Part shown: piece after piece, positions 7,347 through 15,500 of the stretch
How positions within the stretch are numbered: the stretch's first letter is position 1
Layout: each line of letters begins with the position of its first letter
Source: Pseudomonadota bacterium
Lineage (GTDB): Bacteria; Bdellovibrionota; Bdellovibrionia; Bdellovibrionales; SG-bin7
DNA length: 15,835 bases
Reading direction: 5' to 3'
NCBI GenBank assembly: GCA_034439715.1
Contig: JAWXAY010000019.1
Coordinates: 1-15,835 of the forward strand
Translations under genes and position numbers: made by a program
The notes under the pieces: model-generated
Database searches by the model: none
The model's input: only the letters and a program-made list of their open reading frames with translations
Told to the model about the DNA's origin: nothing

Positions 7347-8012
7347 CTACCTTTTAAGTGATAATTCAAAAACCGAAGTTGTTTTAGTCGACTGCCGCAG
7401 CCCTTTTATCTCATCCACCTTATCTTTTACTCCCGTAAGGATTTCGTTAGAAAGCCTCTCACTCACAACTTCTAAATTAGGTTTAGGATTAGAAGGGTCA
7501 GGCTCAAAAATATTTAAAGAAAATAAACTTGGGCAGCCGTCTTTCGCTAAATTTATTGTTCCCTTTGCCACGTCAGGCCTTACCTTTTCAAATACGCAAC
7601 CAAAAACGATAGCGCTATCTTTGGCGTCCCAATGCAAAACCTCTACCGTAAAAAACAAGTTGTTTATATCGGATATAATTTCGTCAAGGGCCCGTGAGCG
7701 TTCGGAATTATACGGCGGCAAACTTGGTACAAAGGTAAAACGAACATTAAGCTCTAGAATTTCTCCATTTGCCAAAGTGCTTTTAATAGTCCCGTCAAAT
7801 TTACCCGATAGAGCCTGATAAAATCTCTGGCGAATGGCTAAGTCTTTTTCCATTTCCAAAGCTCGTAGTGCTTCGGCTTTTCTCTGCCCTTGCGCCTGAG
7901 CCTCTCCTTCAATATTGGCTTTATCTGTCATACGCAATTCATCCTTGTTACACGCGCTTAAAAAGGTAAGGCAAAGAGCCAGCGTAAAAACAGTTAATTT
8001 ACTTATTCTCAT
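7347..8012 (-). CDS. Lipoprotein of unknown function
   Basis: GGAGG 7 nt before ATG 8012 (preferred to 8027); lipobox LSA-C; helical segment followed by a beta-rich domain with a Cys pair. Confidence 0.75.
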   Translation of the reverse strand: MRISKLTVFTLALCLTFLSACNKDELRMTDKANIEGEAQAQGQRKAEALRALEMEKDLAIRQRFYQALSGKFDGTIKSTLANGEILELNVRFTFVPSLPPYNSERSRALDEIISDINNLFFTVEVLHWDAKDSAIVFGCVFEKVRPDVAKGTINLAKDGCPSLFSLNIFEPDPSNPKPNLEVVSERLSNEILTGVKDKVDEIKGLRQSTKTTSVFELSLKR

Positions 8013-8026
8013 AAAAAATCCTCCCA

Positions 8027-9277
8027 TTAATATTCATTCGATAAAAACAAAACTGCACTTTTAGTTAGTTGATAATTTCTTCGTCTCTCGCTGTATTCTT
8101 TTTGAAACGATAAATAGCGTTGAGCCGCACTCAGCACATCAATAGAATTTTTTACACCACGGTTATATTCATCCAAGGTGCGGCTAAAATATTTTTTACC
8201 TTGTTCTACCCTATCTTCGCTAAAGTGAATTAATTCGTGCTCATGTTTTAAATCTTCTTTGGCGACCATGGCTTCTGCCACGACAGACTTTGACTTTTGT
8301 TGAGCTTGCTTTTCATAGGCTTTGGCTTGCAGTGATAAGGCAGAGGCATCAGCAACCTTATAAAAATCAAATTCAAGGGATAAGCGGGCACCTACGGCTG
8401 AATCAATTCGATCTTGTTGGGTGAGATAATCGCGTTCTCTTAAAGTATAGAGTTGAGTGGTGCTATAGACATCAAGAGATGGAATCCACCAGCGGCTGGC
8501 TTGAGTATACTGCGCGGCGGACGACTCCTGACTAGATTTAAATGTCACATAGTCAGGATTTAATTCTGTTTCTAGCTTTTTATTTATCAGCTCTTTGTCG
8601 TGAATATGGGGGATAAAATCGTCTGTTTTATAATTTGTATTCGTATCCATGCCCAAAATAGCCGATAAACTTATTTGCAAAAGCAGTGTCTGATGGGTGG
8701 TACTTTCGATATCTTCGTTCAATTGAGATTTATGGATTTGAAAATCAAGGCGATCTGTTTCGGTCGAAAGGCCCCTTGAGATACGTCGATTAGCCATTGC
8801 TAAACTTTTTTCATTTTGTTGTTGCGAAACAGCCAATGTCTTTAATATTTCTCTATTGGCAACAATACGCCAATAGAGCCTTCTTGCTTCTAAGAGTTCA
8901 GTTGAAAAAGATCTCTGAAGACCAGCAGCACTTGCTTTAGCCTGACTCTTTCTAATATTTTCTTCGAGTAAATCTTTACCGCCTCTGAAAATATTAATAT
9001 TTGCTTCGATGCCTCCATAGGGTTGGGTCTGCGTGGGATAAATTCCTGTCTGAAAAGTCTCTTGACCGGTAAAGGCTCTCACAGAAGGCAGATAGGAACG
9101 CAAAAGGTGGCCAGTTTTTGCTTGGCTTGCATCCTTTAATAAAACTGCGCCCGCGACATTCTGATTTTTCTCGCGAACAAACTTTGTTAAATCTTCAAAA
9201 GTTAGTTTTACTTCCTGAGCAAAACCAAATTCAAAGAAACACGTTACTATTAAAAAACTAAAAAAGCTGCGAAACAT
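8027..9277 (-). CDS. TolC/CzcC-family outer membrane efflux protein
   Basis: SD AGAGGT before ATG 9277; signal peptide; two OEP repeats (SYLPSV...NINIFRGG; WWIPSLDV...GARLSL; YNRGVKNSIDVLSA). Confidence 0.88.
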   Translation of the reverse strand: MFRSFFSFLIVTCFFEFGFAQEVKLTFEDLTKFVREKNQNVAGAVLLKDASQAKTGHLLRSYLPSVRAFTGQETFQTGIYPTQTQPYGGIEANINIFRGGKDLLEENIRKSQAKASAAGLQRSFSTELLEARRLYWRIVANREILKTLAVSQQQNEKSLAMANRRISRGLSTETDRLDFQIHKSQLNEDIESTTHQTLLLQISLSAILGMDTNTNYKTDDFIPHIHDKELINKKLETELNPDYVTFKSSQESSAAQYTQASRWWIPSLDVYSTTQLYTLRERDYLTQQDRIDSAVGARLSLEFDFYKVADASALSLQAKAYEKQAQQKSKSVVAEAMVAKEDLKHEHELIHFSEDRVEQGKKYFSRTLDEYNRGVKNSIDVLSAAQRYLSFQKEYSERRRNYQLTKSAVLFLSNEY

Positions 9278-9297
9278 GAAACCACCTCTTAATTGCA

Positions 9298-9744
9298 TCA
9301 GTCTAAATTATCAAAAGCGGTCAACAATTCTTTGTTGCCTTCTTTAACCACCACATCAATGTTAAATGGCTTAGAAAGAGCTTTTGGTGCTTTGGCAACG
9401 TACGCGCCATCGGTTTGATTTAAAGCAAATTCTTCTTTGTTCCATTTTTTATTTTTTTTGAAAGAAAGAACTGCTTTTCCCGATTTATCAAGTTTTGCCA
9501 AATCAAGCGGCTTCATATCTTTATCATAGTAATAAATGCGGACAGTGCCGTCCTCTGAACGAACAAGCTCAGCTTTGTAGAGTAGAGCGGCCTTAGTGCC
9601 TTTCGAAGCTTCAGCGGCGTCCACAACCGGACTTACAATGCCACCTTGTTTACCTGAATCATTTAATTTAGGTCCATGCCCTTCGTCATGCGCCAAAGCA
9701 CCTGCACTTAACAAAACTGTCGCTAATAAAATAATACGTTTCAT
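9298..9744 (-). CDS. Periplasmic protein with N-terminal His motif, putative metal-binding accessory of the RND pump
   Basis: Signal ending ALA, mature N-terminus HDEGHGP; start overlaps the RND stop (ATGA); SD AGGAG. Confidence 0.7.
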   Translation of the reverse strand: MKRIILLATVLLSAGALAHDEGHGPKLNDSGKQGGIVSPVVDAAEASKGTKAALLYKAELVRSEDGTVRIYYYDKDMKPLDLAKLDKSGKAVLSFKKNKKWNKEEFALNQTDGAYVAKAPKALSKPFNIDVVVKEGNKELLTAFDNLD

Positions 9745-12700
9745 AAAATACTTTCTCCTTTTGGGTTATTAAGTTTTTCTTTATTTTCTTTAACTAATTT
9801 TTCTATCGATTTTCGACCAAATCTATAAAACACGGCGGGTGTTACTATTATATCTAGGAGGGTGGAAGAAAAAAGCCCTCCCACGATAACAACAGCAACT
9901 GGGTAAAGAATTTCCTTACCCGGCTCTCCTTTTGAAAGTAACAGCGGGAATAAGGCCAAAGCAGCAGCAAATGCAGTCATTAAGACGGGCACAAGTCTTT
10001 CCAGGGAACCTCGAATAATCATCTCTTTACTAAACTCTTCGCCTTCTTCTTTGATGAGATGAATGTAATGACTAATCATCATAATACCATTACGTGAGGC
10101 AATTCCGCATAAAGTAATAAAAGCAATAAGCGTGGCGACAGATAACTCGCGCTCAGTAATAAAAATCGCAAAAATACTTCCGATTAAAGCTAATGGCACG
10201 TTAAGCATAACCTGAAAGCTCAACATAATAGACTTAAAGTGTATATAGAGGACAAAGAAAATTCCCAGAAGCGAAAGAGTCCCTAGTATCAGAAGCAATC
10301 GAGAAGCTTGTTGCTGACTCTCAAATTGCCCACCATATGTTACAAAATACCCTGTCGGTATTTTAACTTTCTCAGAAATCTTTTCTTTAATTTCTTTGAT
10401 CAAACTTCCTAAATCGCGGTCATGAGAATTAGCTGAAACGACAATTCGTCTTTGCATGTCCTCACGATTCACCATGTTTGGCCCTGTACCTTTATAAACC
10501 TCAGAAACATCACCAACTGTAATTAATTGCCCTGTCGGTAAAGTTTTTATGAGTGTCGATTGTATGGCTTCAGGAGTAGATCTCGACTGATCATCTAACC
10601 GCATGAATATAGAATAAATACGCTGTTTTTCTAACACTGATCCTACTTCAACTCCATTTAATGCCATTTCTAAATCTTCGGTCATAGTTCCGGGACGAAT
10701 ACCATATTTGGCGGTTTCGTCTCGATCAACAGCGATTTTTAATTGAGGAATTAAAACCAAAGGCTCAACTTGTAAATCTACGATCCCTGAAACATCTTGT
10801 AAAACTTGTTCAATCTGAGCCCCAATTCGGCGAAGCTCTGATAATTCTGTGCCAAATACTTTAATTGCGATTTGTGCCCTGACGCCAGATAATAAGTGAT
10901 CTAATCTATGGCCTATCGGTTGGCCAATATTGACGTAGACATCACCAACTTTTTCAACTTTCTCTCGGAGCTCCTGCAACACAACTTGTCGATCTCGACC
11001 TTCTTCTTTAAAATCGACGTCAATTTCGCTCCAGTGAACACCCTCAGCATGCTCATCCATTTCTGCGCGTCCAGTGCGGCGAATAGTAGATTTAACTTCG
11101 GGAATTGAAAGCATGGCTTCTTCGATTTTTGTTCCGAGTTCATCTGAAGATTTAAGTGCAATACCCGGAGGGGCGGCCACGCCAATAGTAGCGGTACCTT
11201 CATTAAAAGGTGGTAAGAAGTTTCTGCCCATAAAAGGAAGTAACAGTAGCGCCAGAACAAGGGCGACCCCGCACCCAATTAGTACTTCTTTGGGGCGATC
11301 AATGGTTCGCAAAATCATTTTACGATCAAGTTCTTTAAGGTAGCGTACGAATTTGCCTTCACCCTCGTGTCCAATAACTTTGGCGTTAGGAAGTAAATAA
11401 GAACACAATACGGGAGTCACAGTGAGTGAAATAAATAACGAAGCGGTTAACGAAATTATATAGGCTATCCCAAGCGGAGCAAAGAGCCTGCCTTCAATCC
11501 CGCCGAGCGCAAAAAGCGGAATGAAAACTAAAATTACTATAAGGGTTGAAAATACAATGGAGTTTCTAACTTCTGATGAGGCTTCGTAAATAACTTTTAG
11601 CGGATGTTTAGGGTTTCCTAATGATTTATTTTCTTTGAGTCGCCGAAATACATTTTCTACGTCGACAATGGCGTCATCAACCAATTCACCAATCGCAACA
11701 GCCAGGCCTCCGAGAGTCATGGTATTTATACTGAGACCCATCATTTTAAAAACTATTGCCGTAACTAATAGCGATAATGGAATTGTCACTAAAGTAATGG
11801 CCGTTGTACGTATATTTAAAAGAAAAATAAATAAAACGAGGGCAACCATGATGGCGCCATCACGAAGAGCTTCTTCAACATTTGAAATTGAAGCTTCAAT
11901 AAAACGCGCCTGTTTAAATAAATCACTTTCAATTTTTACCCCGGCAGGAACTGTCTTTTGAAGTTCTATTAGCATGGCATCGATTTTTTTAGTGAGCTCT
12001 ATTGTGCTGGCGCCAGGTTGTTTTTGAACGGTCATAACAACAGAATGTTTGCCATTGATACTTGCCTCGCCCCTTTTTATTCTAGGTCCCAGCTTTACTT
12101 CAGCTACCTCTTTTAAGAGAACCGGACGCCCCAGATGTATTCCTACAGATGAATTTTGGATTTCTTCAATCGACTCGACACGACCGAGAGGTCGGATTAA
12201 GTATTCCTTATCATCTAAATCTATAAATCCACCGGTGGTATTTTCGCTGATTTCAGAAAGGGCGTGTTTTAAATCTTCAAGAGAAATTCCTCTTTGTTGG
12301 AGTTTGTCGCTTGAAACTAAAATATGATATTGTTTAACTTGGCCGCCCATAACGACTACTTGGCTGATTCCAGGAATTGTCATAAGCCTTGGCCGCATTG
12401 ACCAGTCGGCAATCGTGCGAAGCTCCATCGGATGAACGGATTCATCGGGGCTTGTTAGTCCAACAAATTGAATTTCACCCATGATAGAACTTACCGGGCC
12501 CATAATTGGCGTCATTTCGTCAGGAAGTCTCTCTTTAACTAACTGAAGACGCTCAGAAACAAACTGACGATTTCTAAATATATCAGTGCCCCAGTCAAAT
12601 TCGACGTACACAATTGAGATGCCAATTCCACTTGAGGATCGCACACGAATCACACCCGGCGTACCATTGAGGACTGATTCGATGGGTAATGTAACTAAAG

Positions 12701-12887
12701 TTTCTACCTCTTCGGGAGCCAAGCCATGGGCCTCTGTTAGAACGGTGACCGTCGGGCGATTAAGGTCGGGAAACACGTCAACAGGAAGGTTGACAGTAAC
12801 AAAGGCTCCATAAAATATCATTCCCCCAGCAATGATTAAAACAAAAATTCTATTTTTTAACGAACTTCGTATAATCGCATTTAACAT
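9741..12887 (-). CDS. czcA: CzcA/CusA-family heavy-metal efflux RND permease
   Basis: 1048 aa; LPVDVFPDL, GLAPEEVE, GELVDDAIVDVEN (TM4), GRAEMDEHAEGV, ERLVPVLMTA, GKEILYPVAVVIVGGL. Confidence 0.93.
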   Translation of the reverse strand: MLNAIIRSSLKNRIFVLIIAGGMIFYGAFVTVNLPVDVFPDLNRPTVTVLTEAHGLAPEEVETLVTLPIESVLNGTPGVIRVRSSSGIGISIVYVEFDWGTDIFRNRQFVSERLQLVKERLPDEMTPIMGPVSSIMGEIQFVGLTSPDESVHPMELRTIADWSMRPRLMTIPGISQVVVMGGQVKQYHILVSSDKLQQRGISLEDLKHALSEISENTTGGFIDLDDKEYLIRPLGRVESIEEIQNSSVGIHLGRPVLLKEVAEVKLGPRIKRGEASINGKHSVVMTVQKQPGASTIELTKKIDAMLIELQKTVPAGVKIESDLFKQARFIEASISNVEEALRDGAIMVALVLFIFLLNIRTTAITLVTIPLSLLVTAIVFKMMGLSINTMTLGGLAVAIGELVDDAIVDVENVFRRLKENKSLGNPKHPLKVIYEASSEVRNSIVFSTLIVILVFIPLFALGGIEGRLFAPLGIAYIISLTASLFISLTVTPVLCSYLLPNAKVIGHEGEGKFVRYLKELDRKMILRTIDRPKEVLIGCGVALVLALLLLPFMGRNFLPPFNEGTATIGVAAPPGIALKSSDELGTKIEEAMLSIPEVKSTIRRTGRAEMDEHAEGVHWSEIDVDFKEEGRDRQVVLQELREKVEKVGDVYVNIGQPIGHRLDHLLSGVRAQIAIKVFGTELSELRRIGAQIEQVLQDVSGIVDLQVEPLVLIPQLKIAVDRDETAKYGIRPGTMTEDLEMALNGVEVGSVLEKQRIYSIFMRLDDQSRSTPEAIQSTLIKTLPTGQLITVGDVSEVYKGTGPNMVNREDMQRRIVVSANSHDRDLGSLIKEIKEKISEKVKIPTGYFVTYGGQFESQQQASRLLLILGTLSLLGIFFVLYIHFKSIMLSFQVMLNVPLALIGSIFAIFITERELSVATLIAFITLCGIASRNGIMMISHYIHLIKEEGEEFSKEMIIRGSLERLVPVLMTAFAAALALFPLLLSKGEPGKEILYPVAVVIVGGLFSSTLLDIIVTPAVFYRFGRKSIEKLVKENKEKLNNPKGESIL

Positions 12888-12965
12888 TTTACTTCTTCCT
12901 TGACGAGGAATATTGACCCAAAACCTAATATTGTTAATAAAAAAGTGGAGCTAGCGCAGGAGAGC

Positions 12966-13364
12966 TTAAGAGATAATTGGAGGTCGAAATACTGAAGAAA
13001 GTATTTCGACTATATTTGGGGTTTCAGTTAGAGGAAATAAAAGGTTCAATGCAACATCGACGTTTTTCAAGTTTGTGGCATTGGCAGTAGGTATATCTAG
13101 TACTAAGCCAACACCGCCAATAACTTGGTCATGAGTATGTTCGGGGTCGCTCGGTGAATGCCTATGTTTGTGGGAAGTACGTCCTGAACTTTCGCCATGG
13201 TGATCGTCATGCTCTTGTTCATGGGCGCCAAAGTTTTCATCAATAAAGGCAGCAAGGTGGATAAGAATAGAAACCTCTTCTTGATCCGCTTGAAACTGAA
13301 CGTTATTAGCCAAAGTTATTGCTATAAAAGGAATGGCTAAAAGTTTAAAAAGTTTACCCTTCAT
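12966..13364 (-). CDS. His-rich exported leader protein ending in FRPP (CzcI/DUF2946-like architecture)
   Basis: Probable start ATG 13364; hydrophobic N-terminus; 10 His in the central region; C-terminus SSVFRPPIIS; first gene of the efflux operon. Confidence 0.7.
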   Translation of the reverse strand: MKGKLFKLLAIPFIAITLANNVQFQADQEEVSILIHLAAFIDENFGAHEQEHDDHHGESSGRTSHKHRHSPSDPEHTHDQVIGGVGLVLDIPTANATNLKNVDVALNLLFPLTETPNIVEILSSVFRPPIIS

Positions 13365-13371
13365 GAACGAA

Positions 13372-13400
13372 ACCCTAGCAGCGCACTTCAGGAAAGGCAA
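13372..13400 (-). promoter_or_regulatory. Sigma70-type promoter of the efflux operon, probably leaderless
   Basis: TTGCCT-N17-TAGGGT with TG in the extended -10 position; ATG 13364 lies 7 nt after the -10; no SD. Confidence 0.5.
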
Positions 13401-13462
13401 TCGTTATATTTACAGCGAACAATTACCGAGGTATTGTTTTACAAATGTTGAGGGGAGCTAAC

Positions 13463-13924
13463 ATGAAATGGGTAACAAGAGAGCGTCCAAAAATTGACCG
13501 CATAGCCTGTCCATGGCTAATAGTGAATTTTATAGATAAGGAAGCCGAATTTCTTTATGTACCTTCGACTGAAGTTATGAAAACAGCGCATGAAAAGAAT
13601 GCTATTCCTTACGATGTTCCAAACGTAGAGCTGACACATGATGGCCCCCTTTGTAGCTTTGATGCTTTTATTAGAAAATATAAATTAACGGATCCTGCGC
13701 TTTTGAAACTAGCCGATATTGTAAGAGCTGCTGATACCGACACTTTAGAGAAGTCCGCCCAAGCACCAGGGTTGTTAGCAATAACATTGGGATTGGGAGA
13801 AAATATTAAAAATGATCATGAACTTTTAAAAACTGGCATGATTATCTACGATGCTCTTTATTCTTGGTGTAGAAGTTTAGACAAAGAAAAACATGGTTGG
13901 CATCCCGATCAAATTAAGATGTAG
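13463..13924 (+). CDS. chrF: Chromate-resistance ChrB C-terminal-domain protein (short, ChrF-like)
   Basis: SD GAGGGGAG before ATG 13463; MKWVTRERPKIDRIACPWLI..FID, HDGPLCSFD, LADIVRAAD, YDALYSW. Confidence 0.85.
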   Translation: MKWVTRERPKIDRIACPWLIVNFIDKEAEFLYVPSTEVMKTAHEKNAIPYDVPNVELTHDGPLCSFDAFIRKYKLTDPALLKLADIVRAADTDTLEKSAQAPGLLAITLGLGENIKNDHELLKTGMIIYDALYSWCRSLDKEKHGWHPDQIKM

Positions 13925-13944
13925 CTTTAGATGGAGGTACACTC

Positions 13945-14007
13945 ACTCCACCGTATTGAACGAGCCAAAACGACAGGTCCCCTTGTCCGGCCTCACCACC
14001 CACCGCA
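13945..14007 (+). repeat. Intergenic structured repeat, copy C (lacks the central module)
   Basis: ACTCCACC, ATTGAACGAGCCA (13/13 with 2238-2250), AACGACA, CTTGTC and CCCACCGCA occur in the same order as in copy B; hairpin GACAGG-tccc-CTTGTC. Confidence 0.75.
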
Positions 14008-14213
14008 CCTTCTCATCCAATCTCGAAAACTCCGTCGGCATTCCACAACCGTTATTAGTGATTTTGATTACGATGTGTCAACGGCCTTTGAATTTGTTCT
14101 GCTCAGAAAAATTTTAGATTATTTATTTCTTTAATTACAGCTTCTTTAGACCACCCTCTACCCGGCAAACTGCGACTAGTAAAAATATGTTTTTGCCCAT
14201 TACTTAATAACTA

Positions 14214-14270
14214 CGAACTCGCCGTCGAGTTTGAGACAATTTACTAACCTTATTTAGTTAGTAATAGTCT
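14214..14270. terminator. Two tandem hairpins between convergent transcription units, possible terminator
   Basis: AACTCG-ccgt-CGAGTT (14216-14231) and TTACTAAC-N8-GTTAGTAA (14241-14264) just past the stop at 14269; no strong U-tract. Confidence 0.4.
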
Positions 14271-14502
14271 AAGCCTTACTACGACGAATTAAAAATAGAG
14301 TTAATGCCACCAAAGCCACAATTACCGCGATTCCGACTGCACCCGATATGACCATCCCGCCAGCTCCCATGTTTCCCATGTCTCCTCCGGCTTTACCCAT
14401 CATTCCTTTTTCCTGTGACATAAGCGTGATCGAATACAAAAAGGACGCTATTCCAAAAACAAAAAAAATAGGTCTCCAATAATTTTCTTTATTTAGTTTC
14501 AT
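14269..14502 (-). CDS. Small two-TM membrane protein with a Met/Gly-rich loop
   Basis: SD GGAG; ATGA overlap with the upstream gene; GMMGKAGGDMGNMGAGGM loop; similar to 15501-15734. Confidence 0.75.
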   Translation of the reverse strand: MKLNKENYWRPIFFVFGIASFLYSITLMSQEKGMMGKAGGDMGNMGAGGMVISGAVGIAVIVALVALTLFLIRRSKA

Positions 14503-14987
14503 GCATGCTCCAATTCTTTCTTATGTAGGTGTTGATCCACAAATTTTTCTCTCCAACTGTTGGTGCGGACTGATTCGCGTCCTTTAGAAAGCCAAAACAG
14601 AAATAAGCCTAATAGAGTAAAACCGAAATCTTGTCCAGCCATCACCCAATCCAGTGGGTGTTTAAAAAAAATCCCGAAACATCCACAATCTTCCAGGCGA
14701 ACACCTTTTGAGAGCGCCGCGATAGTCAAACCTGTATACACAAAGTGAAATGCCGCAGTAGCTAGAGCGGCGTAAGCTAAAAATATTCCTGAGAATAACC
14801 ATATAGAAAGAATGAGTTCAGATAAAATAGCTAATACTCCGATAGTAAGAAGGCTCCAGTCCGGAAAAAGATTCCATTGTGCAAGAATTTCTGCAAAATG
14901 CCGGTTATCTGCCATTTTACCTAATGCGGCGATTAATAACATCACAGCGAAAAATGATCTTATAGCGAATTTCAAAATTTTTTGCAT
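14499..14987 (-). CDS. MauE/DoxX-family membrane protein
   Basis: Four TM segments, AALGK, E in TM2, DCGCFG motif; SD GAGG. Confidence 0.85.
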   Translation of the reverse strand: MQKILKFAIRSFFAVMLLIAALGKMADNRHFAEILAQWNLFPDWSLLTIGVLAILSELILSIWLFSGIFLAYAALATAAFHFVYTGLTIAALSKGVRLEDCGCFGIFFKHPLDWVMAGQDFGFTLLGLFLFWLSKGRESVRTNSWREKFVDQHLHKKELEHA

Positions 14988-15072
14988 ACCATCCTCAAGC
15001 AGTGGCTAATCATTTTTCTCTGCAAATCTCGGTACCATCTTTCATTTGAGAACCTTGTAACTTTCATTGCCG

Positions 15073-15465
15073 CTAATGAGCGGCCATCTTACGGCAGCTG
15101 TCTGCACAGTGGCGGCAAGCTTCGGCACAGCTTTTCATTATTTCGTCATCTCCCATTTTTTCGCAGTCCTCTGCACATGCGAGACATATTTCTGCACAGA
15201 GAGCGCAGGTCTGAGATTGAAACTTGGATTCTCTCGCCATGACCCTCGCTGAGGTTGCGCAGATGTCAGCGCAATCTTGTAAAAGCTGGATGTGGTGCAC
15301 TTCTGCGTGGGCTCCCCCTTGCTTTAAACAGTACGAGATTGCTTGTCTGCAAATCTGTTCGCATTCGATACACGTTTGAATGCATGTTTGCATTTGGTCG
15401 GTCATTCCGCGAAACGCGTTTTTCACTGCTTGGCTGACCGTTTCGATCGTTGATTGCGAATTCAT
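15073..15465 (-). CDS. csp3: Four-helix-bundle Cu(I) storage protein, cytosolic Csp3/DUF326-like
   Basis: 16 Cys in CxxxC/CxxC helices (CIQTCIECEQIC, DCADIC, CALCAEICLACAEDC, CAEACRHCADSC); no Tat signal; SD AAGGAG. Confidence 0.9.
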   Translation of the reverse strand: MNSQSTIETVSQAVKNAFRGMTDQMQTCIQTCIECEQICRQAISYCLKQGGAHAEVHHIQLLQDCADICATSARVMARESKFQSQTCALCAEICLACAEDCEKMGDDEIMKSCAEACRHCADSCRKMAAH

Positions 15466-15500
15466 TCTTTTTCTCCTTATAAATTGATTAAGGTTGCAAT

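Noticed and set aside
3174..12813. Short alternative-frame or antisense ORFs inside cstB, yeeE, the TolC-like genes and czcA (e.g. 3174, 3779, 4490, 5395, 7063, 7621, 10913, 11074, 11635, 12049, 12586)
   Set aside because: Shadows of well-supported genes, with no motifs of their own
13365..13400. TTG start at 13400 for the His-rich leader, as in the ORF track
   Set aside because: This TTG coincides with the predicted -35 box; ATG 13364 gives a proper signal-like N-terminus
1364..14007. CRISPR array
   Set aside because: Copies are dispersed, unequal and separated by whole genes; no regular spacers or cas genes
13893..14134. ORFs 13893-14117 and 13931-14134
   Set aside because: They overlap repeat copy C or the chrF end, have atypical composition and show no family motif
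14560..15437. + strand ORFs 14560, 14812, 14982, 15067, 15255
   Set aside because: Antisense to the MauE and Csp3 genes, which have clear family signatures
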